Of a stretch of DNA of 64,000 nucleotides, positions 31,085-41,846 are shown piece by piece. A model generated the notes under the pieces. It was not told the DNA's origin. It searched no databases and saw nothing but the letters and a program-made list of their open reading frames with translations. Position numbers and translations under genes: made by a program. Position 1 is the first letter of the stretch, and each line of letters opens with the position of its first letter. Origin of the DNA: Salpingoeca rosetta (lineage: Eukaryota > Protista > Choanoflagellata); the NCBI GenBank assembly GCA_033442325.1, contig JAWQFM010000016.1, positions 1,035,679 through 1,099,678 of the forward strand, written 5' to 3'.

Positions 31085-32944
31085 GACGGCAGAGACGCGG
31101 TGTTGGTGTTGGTGTTGGTGTCGGCGATGGCGCACGGGGTGGTGGCGGTGCAACAGCTAGCGGTGAAGGAAGGGAGGGCAGTGATGGTGGCGAAGGCAGT
31201 GCACGCAGTGATGGTAGGGGCGAGGCAACAGAGGCTGGCAGCTGCATTGAAGCGACGGATGCTGCTGATGAGCCAGTGCACACGACACACGAGGCTGACC
31301 AACAGCAACAACAGCAACAACAGCAAGAGCAGCAAGAGCACCAGCAAGAACAGCAACAACAACAACAGCAACAGCAACAGCAGCCACAGCTGTCTGCGTT
31401 CAAGCTGCGCCCAAGGCCATCAGCGCCACTGCACCTTGTGGTGGCGGAAGCAGCGTCCACATCCACGTTGCAGGCCCTGGTGCACTTCTGCTACACAGAC
31501 ACGCTGCCGGAATGGCTTGACGTGACGCTGGCCACCAACAGCACCATCGCCAACCTGCTTGACCTGTGCAGCCTTGCCGACCACATGCACGTGGCGCGGC
31601 TCAAGGCGCTCTGCGTGGCATGCGTCCGCATCAACACACGCGTGGACAACGTGCTCACCATCCTGCAGGCCGTCACCCGCCGCAACATGATGGACGTGCG
31701 ACAACACCTGCTCGACTTTGTGCTGCGGCCATGCAACTACCGGCACGTGGTCATGTCGCCGGAATTTGAGCACCTCCCACGCGATGTCATTGTGGAGCTG
31801 GTGCGGCAGCACGAGCTCACCCACGGCGCAGCAACTCTGCGCACCGCAGCAGCCATGTCACCACCGAACACGGGTGGCACGACTGCGACGACAACCACGG
31901 CCACGATGGGCGGAAGCGCGAGAGTGAGCGGCAGTGGGAGTGGGAGCACAATGGGCCGTGGAAGCGGCATTGCGACATCACCATCTCCGCTCTCCCGCCA
32001 GTCGTCCTCCACCCGCATCCTACTGGAGCTGACGGGGGACGCGGGACGCAGTGGCAGCGGTGGCAGCGGTGGCATCAGTGGCGGCGGTGGTGCAGACCAT
32101 ATCCAGCGTGCGCTGTTTCGTCTCTTTGACCGCGTGTTGGAGTCGTTTGTGCTGACACACGCACAAGGCCCATCGCGCACCACGAGCGAATCAAAACGTA
32201 CGCTTGTACCTGTGTACACGTGTTTGTGTGCGTATGCGTGTGCGCGCGTGTGTATGTACGTACATGTGTGTGTGTGTTTGCGTGTGTGTGTGTGCGTTTG
32301 CGTGTGTGTGTGCGTTTGCGTGTGCGTGTGTGCGTTTGCGTGTGTGTGTGTGTGTGCGTGTGCGTGTGTGTGTGCGTTTGCGTGTGCATGTGTGTGTGTG
32401 TGTGGCGTGTGCTTCAATATTATTTGACACCATTTCTGTGCTCGCAATGGCCATGCTCTTGTCTCGACAGGTGACGCACTGCTTGATCCAGACACGCTGG
32501 TTGAATTTGACGGCGGCGTGTGTCGCGTGCATGCATGCATTGTGGCAGCGCGCTGCGGCTACTTTGCATCGCTGTTCCGCTCAGGTGCGTGTACATGCCT
32601 GTGTGTGCGGGTTTGTGTGCATGGGGTTGTGCGCGCGGGGGTATAGTGTGGATGTACGTTTGAACAACTCCCTTGTCCAAGCATTGCCTCCCAACTTTCT
32701 GCATCTGCTTCCTCCTCCTTGTGGTGCCTGCAGGCATGGTGGAGGCGCGGTCCAACTGTGTCCGCCTTCTCCTGGGCGACCGCTTGCTCTCTCCTTCTGC
32801 AGCCAAGCATCTTCTCTGTTACGTCTACTTGGGCGAAGTCGAGGCCGTCTCTCCTCAGGTGCGTGAATGTTTGTTTGTGTGTGTGTGTGTGTAAATGCTT
32901 GTGTGTGTGAATGCTTGTGTGTGTGTGTGTGTGTGTGTGAATGC

Positions 32945-33012
<68 letters not shown>

Positions 33013-33252
33013 ATGTGTTTTTGACAGTTGTGGAGTGAGTCTTGGTGTCTCCATCACACCGTCCCCCATGTTCGTGTCACATCACAACACACTTTTATGG
33101 GCGCTTGCAGGATGCGGTGGTGTTGGCCTCGTGCGCCAACTACTTTTCCTTCTCAACAGCACACCTGCACGTAAGTGCAGCTTATGCACTGAGTGATGGA
33201 TGGGTGGATACGGGAAGGGGAAGACGAGAGAGGAGCGAGGGGCGAAAAGCTT

Positions 33253-33344
<92 letters not shown>

Positions 33345-33674
33345 AACACACACACAAACATGCATGTGTGCTCACGTCGCTTCACACCCCCCCCACCAAA
33401 CACCAACTCCATGGGTAGGACACGTGTCATCAGCGGATCCAGGCGACGTTGTCAACGTCCAATGCCGTGCCGGTGCTTAAAGCTGCTGCTCTTGTGCACA
33501 ACGATGATGCCAAAGAACAAGCCATGGCCATCATTGTCAAGAACCTGCCCCAACTCTCACAACAGAGCGACTTTGACACTCTTGACAAGCAGCTCTTGCT
33601 CGATGTCCTCAAGGTGTGTGCATGCAGCACGGGTTGCGTGCGCATGTGTTTATGTGTGTGCGCGCGCGACTGTG

Positions 33675-33707
<33 letters not shown>

Positions 33708-33725
33708 ACACACACACACACACAG

Positions 33726-33756
<31 letters not shown>

Positions 33757-33976
33757 TACTTGCGTCCTTGTACACGTCCCATGCGTGTTGTACCATGTAC
33801 CATGCGCATTGCGCTGTTCGCACTTTCTTGATACCCCTCACACCCGTCCATCCGTCAACCCTCCTTTCCCTCTCTTCCTTTCCCCTCCCTCCAACCATCA
33901 TCAGCGTGTCGCCGAAGCACCGCGTGTGCCAGCATGCACCACAGCCAGCACAACCGCCCATGAAACAACCGTGTAA
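28102..33976 (+). CDS. LZTR1: Leucine zipper-like transcriptional regulator 1 ortholog (Kelch repeats + two BTB-BACK), multi-exon
   Basis: [39 protein letters not shown]; [30 protein letters not shown]; RLNDMW; PPPCCNMP; RRFGHSMV; PSGRCFHSA; BTB ([17 protein letters not shown]) and BACK segments. These closely match recalled animal LZTR1 motifs. Confidence 0.88.
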
Positions 33977-34178
33977 TGCCGATTTCCGTTAAAAGATATA
34001 CACGAATCTTCAGTATTGCAATCATCCGCGCACAATCTTGCACAAAGCGCACACACACTGCACCAAAGAGCTCCACCTCCACACACGCCCAGCCACCCAG
34101 CCAGCGTGTACTCCATTTACACCACCCCACACCACCAAACCATCCCCCCCTCCCACACACACACAAAGAACGGACGCG

Positions 34179-36321
34179 ATGGCGACGCTTGCCGAGCATT
34201 TGGCGGAGCGCCGGGAGCCCGAGGCGCACGAGCTGGAGGCGAAGAACTTCCCCGAGCTGAAGAACGACCTGATTCTGCGCGCAGCACGACGCGAAGATGT
34301 GGAGCGCGTCCCCGTGTGGGTGATGCGCCAGGCAGGGAGGTACCTGCCAGAGTACAACGCCATTGGCGAAGGCCTGGACTTCTTTGACAAGTGCCGCACC
34401 CCAGCGCTCGCGTGCGCCATCACCTTGCAGCCGCTGGTGCGCTTCCCCATTGACGCCGCCATCATCTTCTCCGACATCCTCGTCATCCTGCAGGCGCTCG
34501 GCATGCACTGCGACATGGTCAAGGGCAAGGGCCCCACGTTCCCGCAGCCCATCACCTGCCGCGAGGACATTGACGCCCTCAACGCCGACGTGGACGTGCA
34601 TGAGTCCCTCGGGTACGTGTTCAAGGCCATCACGCTCACGCGCCACCGCCTGGGAGGCCACGTGCCGCTGATTGGCTTTGCCGGCGCGCCCTGGACGCTC
34701 TTCGCCTACGCCATCGAAGGCAGCGGCTCCAAGACCTTCTCCAAGGCCAAGAGCTGGCTGTACAAGGACCCGGAGGCGTCACACCGCCTCCTCTCCATGA
34801 TCACAGACGTCACCGTGCGCTACCTTGTGGCGCAGGTGCGCGCCGGTGCGCAGCTCCTGCAGGTGTTCGACTCGTGGGCAGGCAGCCTGTCCCCACGCCA
34901 CTTCCGCGAGTTTGCCGCCCCGTATCTGGTGCGCATTGCCTCCGCCGTCAAGGCCGAGCTGGGCACCGACGCCGTGCCGATGATCTGCTTTGCCAAGGGC
35001 GCGCACTGGGCCTTCAGCCTGCTCGAGTCCTCGGACTACGACGTGCTGTCGCTGGACTGGACCATGGATCCGCAGGAGGCGCAGCGCGCAACCAAGTCCC
35101 GCATGGCCTTCCAAGGCAACATGGACCCCTGCGCCATGTACGGCAGCGACGACACCATCCGCGAGGAGGTGTGCCGCGTCATGTCGCTGTTTGGCACGCG
35201 CGGGCACATTGCCAACATGGGCCACGGCATGTCCCCCGACATGGAGCCGCGCGCAGTGGCGGCCTTTGTCGACGCCGTGCACAACTTCTCCTCCCGCCAG
35301 CGCGTGTACACCATCGGCACGCGCGGGTCCGTGCTGGCGCTGTGGCAGGCGCACTACGTGCTGGATCGCCTGGTCAAGAAGTACCCGACGCACCGCTTCC
35401 GCATCAAGGTGGTTGACACGGCCGGCGACAAGGACCTCACCACCGCCCTGGACAAGTTTGGCACGACGGGCGTGTTCACGGACGCGCTGGAGCGTGCGCT
35501 CGTGTCTGGCGAGGTGGACTGTGTCGTGCACTCGCTCAAGGATGTGCCGTCCACCCTGCACCCTTCGACGCGCCTCGCCGCCATCAGCGAACGCCACGAC
35601 CCACGCGACTGCGTCGTGTTCAACCCGCGCCACAACGGCCGCTACAGCTCCATCGCCGACCTCCCACCGGGCAGCGTGCTGGGCACCAGCTCTGCGCGCC
35701 GCCGTGCGTTCCTCGCGCGTGCATACCCTTCCCTCACCTTTAAGCACGTGCGCGGGAACGTGAAGACGCGCCTGCGCAAGCTCGATGACCCGGCCAACGG
35801 ATACGACGCCCTCGTGCTCGCCTCTGCTGGCCTGGAGCGGCTGAACATGGAGGCACGGGTTGGCGAGAAGCTGAGCGTGGACGTGGTGCCGCACGCTGTT
35901 GGCCAGGCAGCGCTGGGCGTGCAGGTGCGATGCTCAGCCAAGCCGGGGCCCCATGGTGGCGAGGGCGGCGATGATGATGATGATGACGGTGACAAAGATG
36001 CTGCGGTGCTGGCGGAGATGCTGCATGCGAGTGTGCAGTGCAACGAGACGGCGCTTGTGTGCAGCGCCGAGCGTGGCTTCCTGCGCTCGCTCGGGGGCGG
36101 GTGCTCTCTGCCCATCGCAGTGCGCTCGCAGCGCGACGCCGACACGGGCCGCATCGTGCTGTGCGGCAACGTGTGCAGCGTGGACGGCAAGACGCTCGCC
36201 TCGCGCACGTGCGACGCCGTTGTGACGACAGAGGCGGAGGCCGCTGCGCTTGGCGAGAAGGTGGCTGCCGACCTCAAGGCGGACGGTGGCGAGGCCATTC
36301 TCATCGAGCTCCGGGCACAGC

Positions 36322-36358
<37 letters not shown>

Positions 36359-36392
36359 TGACGTGGACGGGCGCACCGTCGTCTCGCTCTGA
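34179..36392 (+). CDS. UROD-HMBS: Intronless fusion of uroporphyrinogen decarboxylase (UROD/HemE) and hydroxymethylbilane synthase (HMBS/HemC), 737 aa
   Basis: UROD (~34179-35300): NFPELKNDLILRAA, PVWVMRQAGRYLPEY, AAIIFSDIL, LIGFAGAPWTL, QVFDSWAG, QGNMDP, NMGHG. HMBS (~35301-36310): IGTRGSVLALWQA, GVFTDALE, VHSLKDVP, GTSSARR, RGNVKTRLRKLD, AVGQAALG, ERGFLRSLGGGCSLPI (cofactor Cys). One continuous ORF. Confidence 0.95.
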
Positions 36393-36744
36393 TGCCCTGT
36401 GTGTGTGTGTGTGTTTTCGTTGTGACTTGCCGTGTGTTGGGTTGGTGTTGTTGTGTGTCATGACCCTTTGGTTCTTTGTCGCAGTTTGCGATTGCGTGCT
36501 TGCTTGCCCCTGATGGTGTCAATGAACAGTTTAATCGTCGCAATGACATTGGCAAGAAGGCATTGTTGAGCTCAGCAAGACTGGTGCCGTGATGGCGCCA
36601 TCCCAAGCACAGGACACATGTGAAGACAAGGGGAAGACAAGGGGAAGACAAGGGGACGGACCGACAGACAGATAGCCAGACGAGCAGGAAGACAGACCTA
36701 TTTACACGCACACGTGCAGACAGACAGACAGGCAGACAGACAGG

Positions 36745-36775
<31 letters not shown>

Positions 36776-36937
36776 GCACACACACACACACAGACAGACA
36801 GACAGACACCCACACCCACACGCACACACACACAGACAGACACCCGCACCCACACCCCCCACACACACACACACAGACAGACACCCGCACCCACACCCCA
36901 CACACACATATACCCACACAGACACAGATGCAGTTGC

Positions 36938-39103
36938 CTAGGAGAGGAGGTCGACAATTTGGTTTGCGATGGATGCGCTTGTGACGATGCAGTCATTCAC
37001 GCCGACTCCAAAGCCAAACGCCTTACCGCCCACAAACAGCCACGGCAGGTGTGCCTGCACGCACGCCTCCATGTCGGCGCGAGCTGCAGCGTACAGGTGG
37101 TCAAACTGCGGGATGGCACGCACCCACCGCGTGAGACGCGAGGCAGACGGGGTGACGGCGACACCAAGGTGCTGCTGCACGCACTGCCACGCCTCATCCA
37201 GCAGCACCTGCTCGCTTGATGTCTCCACAAAGGTCTGGTGGTTGTGGCCCTCCCCGCCGAGCATGGCCGTCAGCACCACGTGCTCTGCACCTGCCAATTC
37301 GGGAAAGACGCACGAGTCGTACACCACGCCCAGGAGGTGGCCACGCGCCTGTGTGCGCGGCATGAGGAACCCAAAGCCAGGCTCAACGCCTTCCTTCACG
37401 ACGGCCTTGAAGGAGGACCGCAGGAACACAAACGTGACCACGGCAATGGACAGGCTACGTACGCGGGCGAGCTTGTTGGCGCAGGCCATGGCGCGGCGGT
37501 GCGCCGTCTCCGTGAGCGAGAGGTGCGGCAGACTGCTTGCAAGCAACTGGTGCAGCTCTGCGGGCGGCAGCGTGGAGATGACGCAATCCACGTCAACCAG
37601 CATGGGCGCCCCGTCCTCATCCAACAGCGCAACCCCGGTTCCACCGCTGCTGGCCCCGTCACCAACGCGACCACCACTCTCATCGCCATCGTCACGGCCA
37701 TCATCGCCATCATCGCCAGCACCATGGTGATGGCCGTCGTTGTCGCTGTCGGTGTCAGCGCTGCGTGCCATGCGAGCCACGGCTGCGCCCATGTGCATGT
37801 GCACGCCAGCCTCGACGACGTGTTCCCACAGGGCGGACGTGAGCGTGGTCAGGCCGCCCTTGAGCGAGGCCACGCGCTCCTTTGCGGCGCGCTGCAGCCA
37901 GCGCTCCACGCGGTCCGGCACCTGCGGGGCGGGCGGCATGATTGGGGTCTCATATGCGGCGGAGAGCTTGAGGAAGCGGTCGAGGATGGCACCCAGCACG
38001 ACGGAGCCGTACGCTTGCTCCAGCTGCCACATACTGGGGAAGGCGTAGCGCAGCAGGAGCTTGTTGGCCTCGCCGCTGAAGATGCCGTGCACGAGGGCGG
38101 TGAGGAAGCGGGTGGCGAGGTGGCGGGAAAAGTGCTTGGTGAAGAAGGCTTCGCACGTGTCGTAGCCCACGCCCTCGTCCCTGTGGAACAGGGCCTGCGT
38201 CAGGTCCCGCAGCACAGCGGGGACGAGGCTGTGGCGATACGCAAAGCCGAGGATCTGCGAGACGGAGGTGGGCAGCTCCTCAAGGGCGGCGGTGTCTTCG
38301 TCAAACACGAACCTACGGCCGCGTGTTGCACGGTTGGCCCACTCCAGCTGCGGGCCGAGACCTAGCTCGTCGATGAGCTGCAGCGCAAAGCGGGCAGAGG
38401 CGGTGGAGGTGCGCAGGGAGCGGGGCCCCGTCTCGATGCGCACGGGCGTGGACGGCTGGACAGCCTGCACAGTTTGGATGTTTCCACCCACGACATCATC
38501 CTTCTCGAACACGTGCACATCAAACTCTGGCCGCTTCTTCTTGATGTAGTATGCAGCGGCGAGTCCACTGATGCCTGCGCCCAGCACGGCGATGCGCGGG
38601 CCTTCTTCTTCTTTGTCATCATCATCATCATCACCATCATCACCATCATCGTCGCCTTTCTGCGAAGATGATGATGCTGCTGCGTCTCCTCCTCTCTTCC
38701 CTTTCTCCTGACCCTCTGTGTCTTCGTCGTCTTCAGCCTCGTCGCCACTGGCGACGCTGGCGTATGTCTTCTTCTTGTTGTGCTTGTTCTGTTGTGAGCG
38801 CTTCTTGCCCTTGCGCTTGCTGCTGCGGTGGTGGTGCTTGTGATGGATGTGGCGCCTGAAGGCTGCTGCGGTCTTGACGCGCTGCTGGTAGTCGCGGGCT
38901 TTCCTCTTTCTCTGTTGCACCCACAGGTACAAGAGCGCCAGCGTCGTGGCCGTGCCTCCGGCCGCAGCCAGTGCCAGCACACGCCCAGCTGACGTGGGCC
39001 CCTTCCTCTGCGCTGCTCCCGTCGCTGGCATCGCCGTCGTCGTTGTGTTGGGCGAGGCGATGCAAGAAAATGGAATAGCGACAGCACAAAGTGCAGTAAA
39101 CAT
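36938..39103 (-). CDS. PPOX: Intronless protoporphyrinogen oxidase (HemY/PPOX type) with N-terminal signal-anchor extension
   Basis: FAD-binding IAVLGAGISGLAAAY..VFEK..GG; ETGPRSLR; HGIFSG; LKGGLTTL; GFGFLMP; LGVVYDSCVFP; LTAMLGG; AIPQF; GVGVNDCI. Start at 39103 or 39031. Confidence 0.92.
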   Translation of the reverse strand: MFTALCAVAIPFSCIASPNTTTTAMPATGAAQRKGPTSAGRVLALAAAGGTATTLALLYLWVQQRKRKARDYQQRVKTAAAFRRHIHHKHHHRSSKRKGKKRSQQNKHNKKKTYASVASGDEAEDDEDTEGQEKGKRGGDAAASSSSQKGDDDGDDGDDDDDDKEEEGPRIAVLGAGISGLAAAYYIKKKRPEFDVHVFEKDDVVGGNIQTVQAVQPSTPVRIETGPRSLRTSTASARFALQLIDELGLGPQLEWANRATRGRRFVFDEDTAALEELPTSVSQILGFAYRHSLVPAVLRDLTQALFHRDEGVGYDTCEAFFTKHFSRHLATRFLTALVHGIFSGEANKLLLRYAFPSMWQLEQAYGSVVLGAILDRFLKLSAAYETPIMPPAPQVPDRVERWLQRAAKERVASLKGGLTTLTSALWEHVVEAGVHMHMGAAVARMARSADTDSDNDGHHHGAGDDGDDGRDDGDESGGRVGDGASSGGTGVALLDEDGAPMLVDVDCVISTLPPAELHQLLASSLPHLSLTETAHRRAMACANKLARVRSLSIAVVTFVFLRSSFKAVVKEGVEPGFGFLMPRTQARGHLLGVVYDSCVFPELAGAEHVVLTAMLGGEGHNHQTFVETSSEQVLLDEAWQCVQQHLGVAVTPSASRLTRWVRAIPQFDHLYAAARADMEACVQAHLPWLFVGGKAFGFGVGVNDCIVTSASIANQIVDLLS

Positions 39104-39848
39104 CGGTTGCGCGAAGCGAGAGAGAGAGAGCTTCGAATCGTTCGTTCAATCTTGCGTGGTGTTGCTCGCACACATGTTGCTTGCTTTTTGCTTGCTTGCG
39201 TAGGTCCCACACTCTCTTCCGCTCTGCGTATGCTGCTTGTCCTCCTCGCCACCCGCCTGCCTGCCAGCTCAGCAGCAGCAGCAGCATTGATTGATTGATT
39301 GCCGAGAGCGCTTTGCTTTGGCTTTGTTTCGAAGGAGGGTTTTTGTGTGTTGGGTGTGCGTGGGTTGTGTGGCGTCGTCACAGCCAGCCAGCAGGGGTCG
39401 TGCAGAGACCTTGTATCCTGACGTAGCTCTGGAGGAGGAGCGACCAATCTGTGCTGTGTGCCAACCGCCTGGCCCATTTCGGTTGGTGCTGTTGTCGGTG
39501 GTGGTGGTGCTTTTGAAAACAGACATAAGAGTACACTGCCGAGAGTGCTGCCGTGAGTGATAGAGCTACCCATCAGGCTGATTTGGCTTCTTTCTCATTG
39601 TGCGCTCCATTTTGCATCAGGTCCATTCTTTCGATCCACTCCCTCCCTCCCCCCCCACCCTTTCTCATACACTCTCTCGCGTGCGCGTGTCAAGCTTTGT
39701 TTGCCTTTCTCCTTTTCATTCCTCAACAAATCATTCCCTCTGCCTTTTCTTTTTCTCTCACCCGCCCCCCCTTCCCCTGTCCTCTCACATCATTCCTTTT
39801 TGTCTCGTCTCCTCTCTCATCCCTGTGACTTTCCCCAAGCCAGTGAGA
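39104..39848. promoter_or_regulatory. Putative bidirectional promoter shared by PPOX and ALAS
   Basis: About 750-bp head-to-head intergenic region with TGACGT (39419) and CCAAT (39444); function inferred only. Confidence 0.45.
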
Positions 39849-41093
39849 ATGCACGGGATCTCGAAACACTTTCGCCCCCGCGTGGTTGCGGCGTGGATGC
39901 GCCATCGAGCGACCGCGACGGCAACGGCGGTGGCGCCGGCCAAGCGACGCCTGTCCCTTGCTGCCACCTCCCTCTCATCATCAAAGGACGACAACGGCCA
40001 CGCCCATGGCCACGCCCATGGCCACATGCACGGCCACATGCACGGCCACATGCACGATGAGCCGCAGTGCTCGTTTGTTGGCCCGGATGGCAAGCCCGTG
40101 TGCGCGACCAACACGGTGGAGACGCTGCGGCGCTCGTGCCCTGCTGGCACGACGTCGGTGCCGCTGCCGGAGCACGAGCCCATGGAGACGATCGAGAGCA
40201 GGCATCCGCCGGTGATGGACGTGGACCCTGCCACGGTGAGCCAGGGCCTGCGCCTCAACAACGCGGGCCAGTGCCCGTTCCTGAAGGAGGTAGGCCACCA
40301 GATCAAGGACAAGCCCGTGGTGCAAGCAGCACTGCAGTCGCGCCACCCAGAGTCTGGCAAGCTGTTCAAGGCCGTGATTGACGACGCCCTGCTCACCGTG
40401 CTCAAGCAGCTGCGCCAGCAGAAGCGGTACCGCGAGTTTCTCTACTTCAAGCGCTCCGTCGGCCAGCACCCGGAGGTGGTGCACACCCTGCACCCGGGCC
40501 ACAACCAGTTTCTCCCGCCCGGCAGCGACACCATTCTCCCGCAAGGCGTCACTTCGCAGCCGCACGCCAACGCGTCCACCGTCGCTGGCGTGTCATCGTC
40601 GTCATCAGCGGGACACGCGGCGGCCGTGGACGAGCATGAGCACCGGTCAGTGAAGCAGGACCGCGTGGTGGTCAACTGGTGCTCCAACGACTACCTGAAC
40701 ATGGCGCACCACCCATCCGTGATTGAGGCCATGCAGCGGGCGCTGGTCGAGCAAGGCGCCGGTGCTGGCGGTACGCGCAACATCTCCGGGTCAAACGTCG
40801 TGCACGTGGAGCTTGAGAATGAGCTGGCATCGCTCTGCGACACTGAGGCTGCCCTCATCTTCAACTCATGCTACACCGCAAACCTTGGTGCGTGCATGTG
40901 CGTGTGTGTGTGTGTGTGTTTGGGGTGTGTGTGTGTTTGTGCATGTGTGTGTGTGTGTGTGTGTGTTTGGTGCGCTCTGGATCCTTGCATGCATGCTGCC
41001 GCTGTCACACGGCGTGGTGTTGCACATCCACTCGATCGCACGGCCCATCCCCCACTTAACGTCCCGAGAAATTCCACTCACCTCGTCTTTCCC

Positions 41094-41186
<93 letters not shown>

Positions 41187-41807
41187 GCATGGTGCAGGGG
41201 TGATGGAGGCGCTGTCATCCACGCTCAAGGGGGAGACGGTGATCATATCGGACCAGGAGAACCACGCGTCCCTCGTGCAGGGCATCCGAAACACCCGCCT
41301 GCCCAAGAAGATTTTCCGCCACAACGACCTTGATCATCTCGAACAGATTCTCAAGGACACGCCCCGCGACACAAACAAGGTGTGCGCACGTGTGTGTATG
41401 TGTGTATGTGTGTGTATGTGTGTATGTGTGTGTGTGCGTGTGCGCGCGTGCGTGTGGGAGGAGGATGGTTACGTGCACAAATTTGAGCAACGGGTTGCTG
41501 CCACGAATAAGTTACAATACACATACACACACATGCACACATGCACACACACATGCACACACACACTCACCACCTACCTCGTCCTTTCTCCATTCCCTTG
41601 ACAAATGTATTCGCCGTAGGTTGTGGTGTTTGAGAGCGTGTACTCCATGTCCGGGACAATGGCACCCGTGTCGGCCATCCTTGACCTGTGCGAGGAGTAC
41701 GGTGCACTCTCTGTCATCGATGAGGTGCATGCTGTTGGTCTCTATGGCGAGCAGGGCGCAGGCATTCTGGACATGATTGGCCAGCGCGGCAGGGCAGACA
41801 TCGTCAC

Positions 41808-41846
<39 letters not shown>

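Noticed and set aside
34038-34178. Upstream extension of the UROD-HMBS ORF in the ORF track
   Set aside because: Starts at a non-ATG codon in CA-rich intergenic sequence; the first ATG is 34179.
34779-38365. Long antisense or alternate-frame ORFs over UROD-HMBS and PPOX (e.g. 34779-35894, 37238-38365)
   Set aside because: Shadow ORFs from GC-rich codon bias, with no recognisable motifs.
39835-39851. CAGTGA just before the ALAS ATG, resembling an iron-responsive element loop
   Set aside because: Flanks CAAGC and GAATG form only three of five pairs, so there is no IRE stem.
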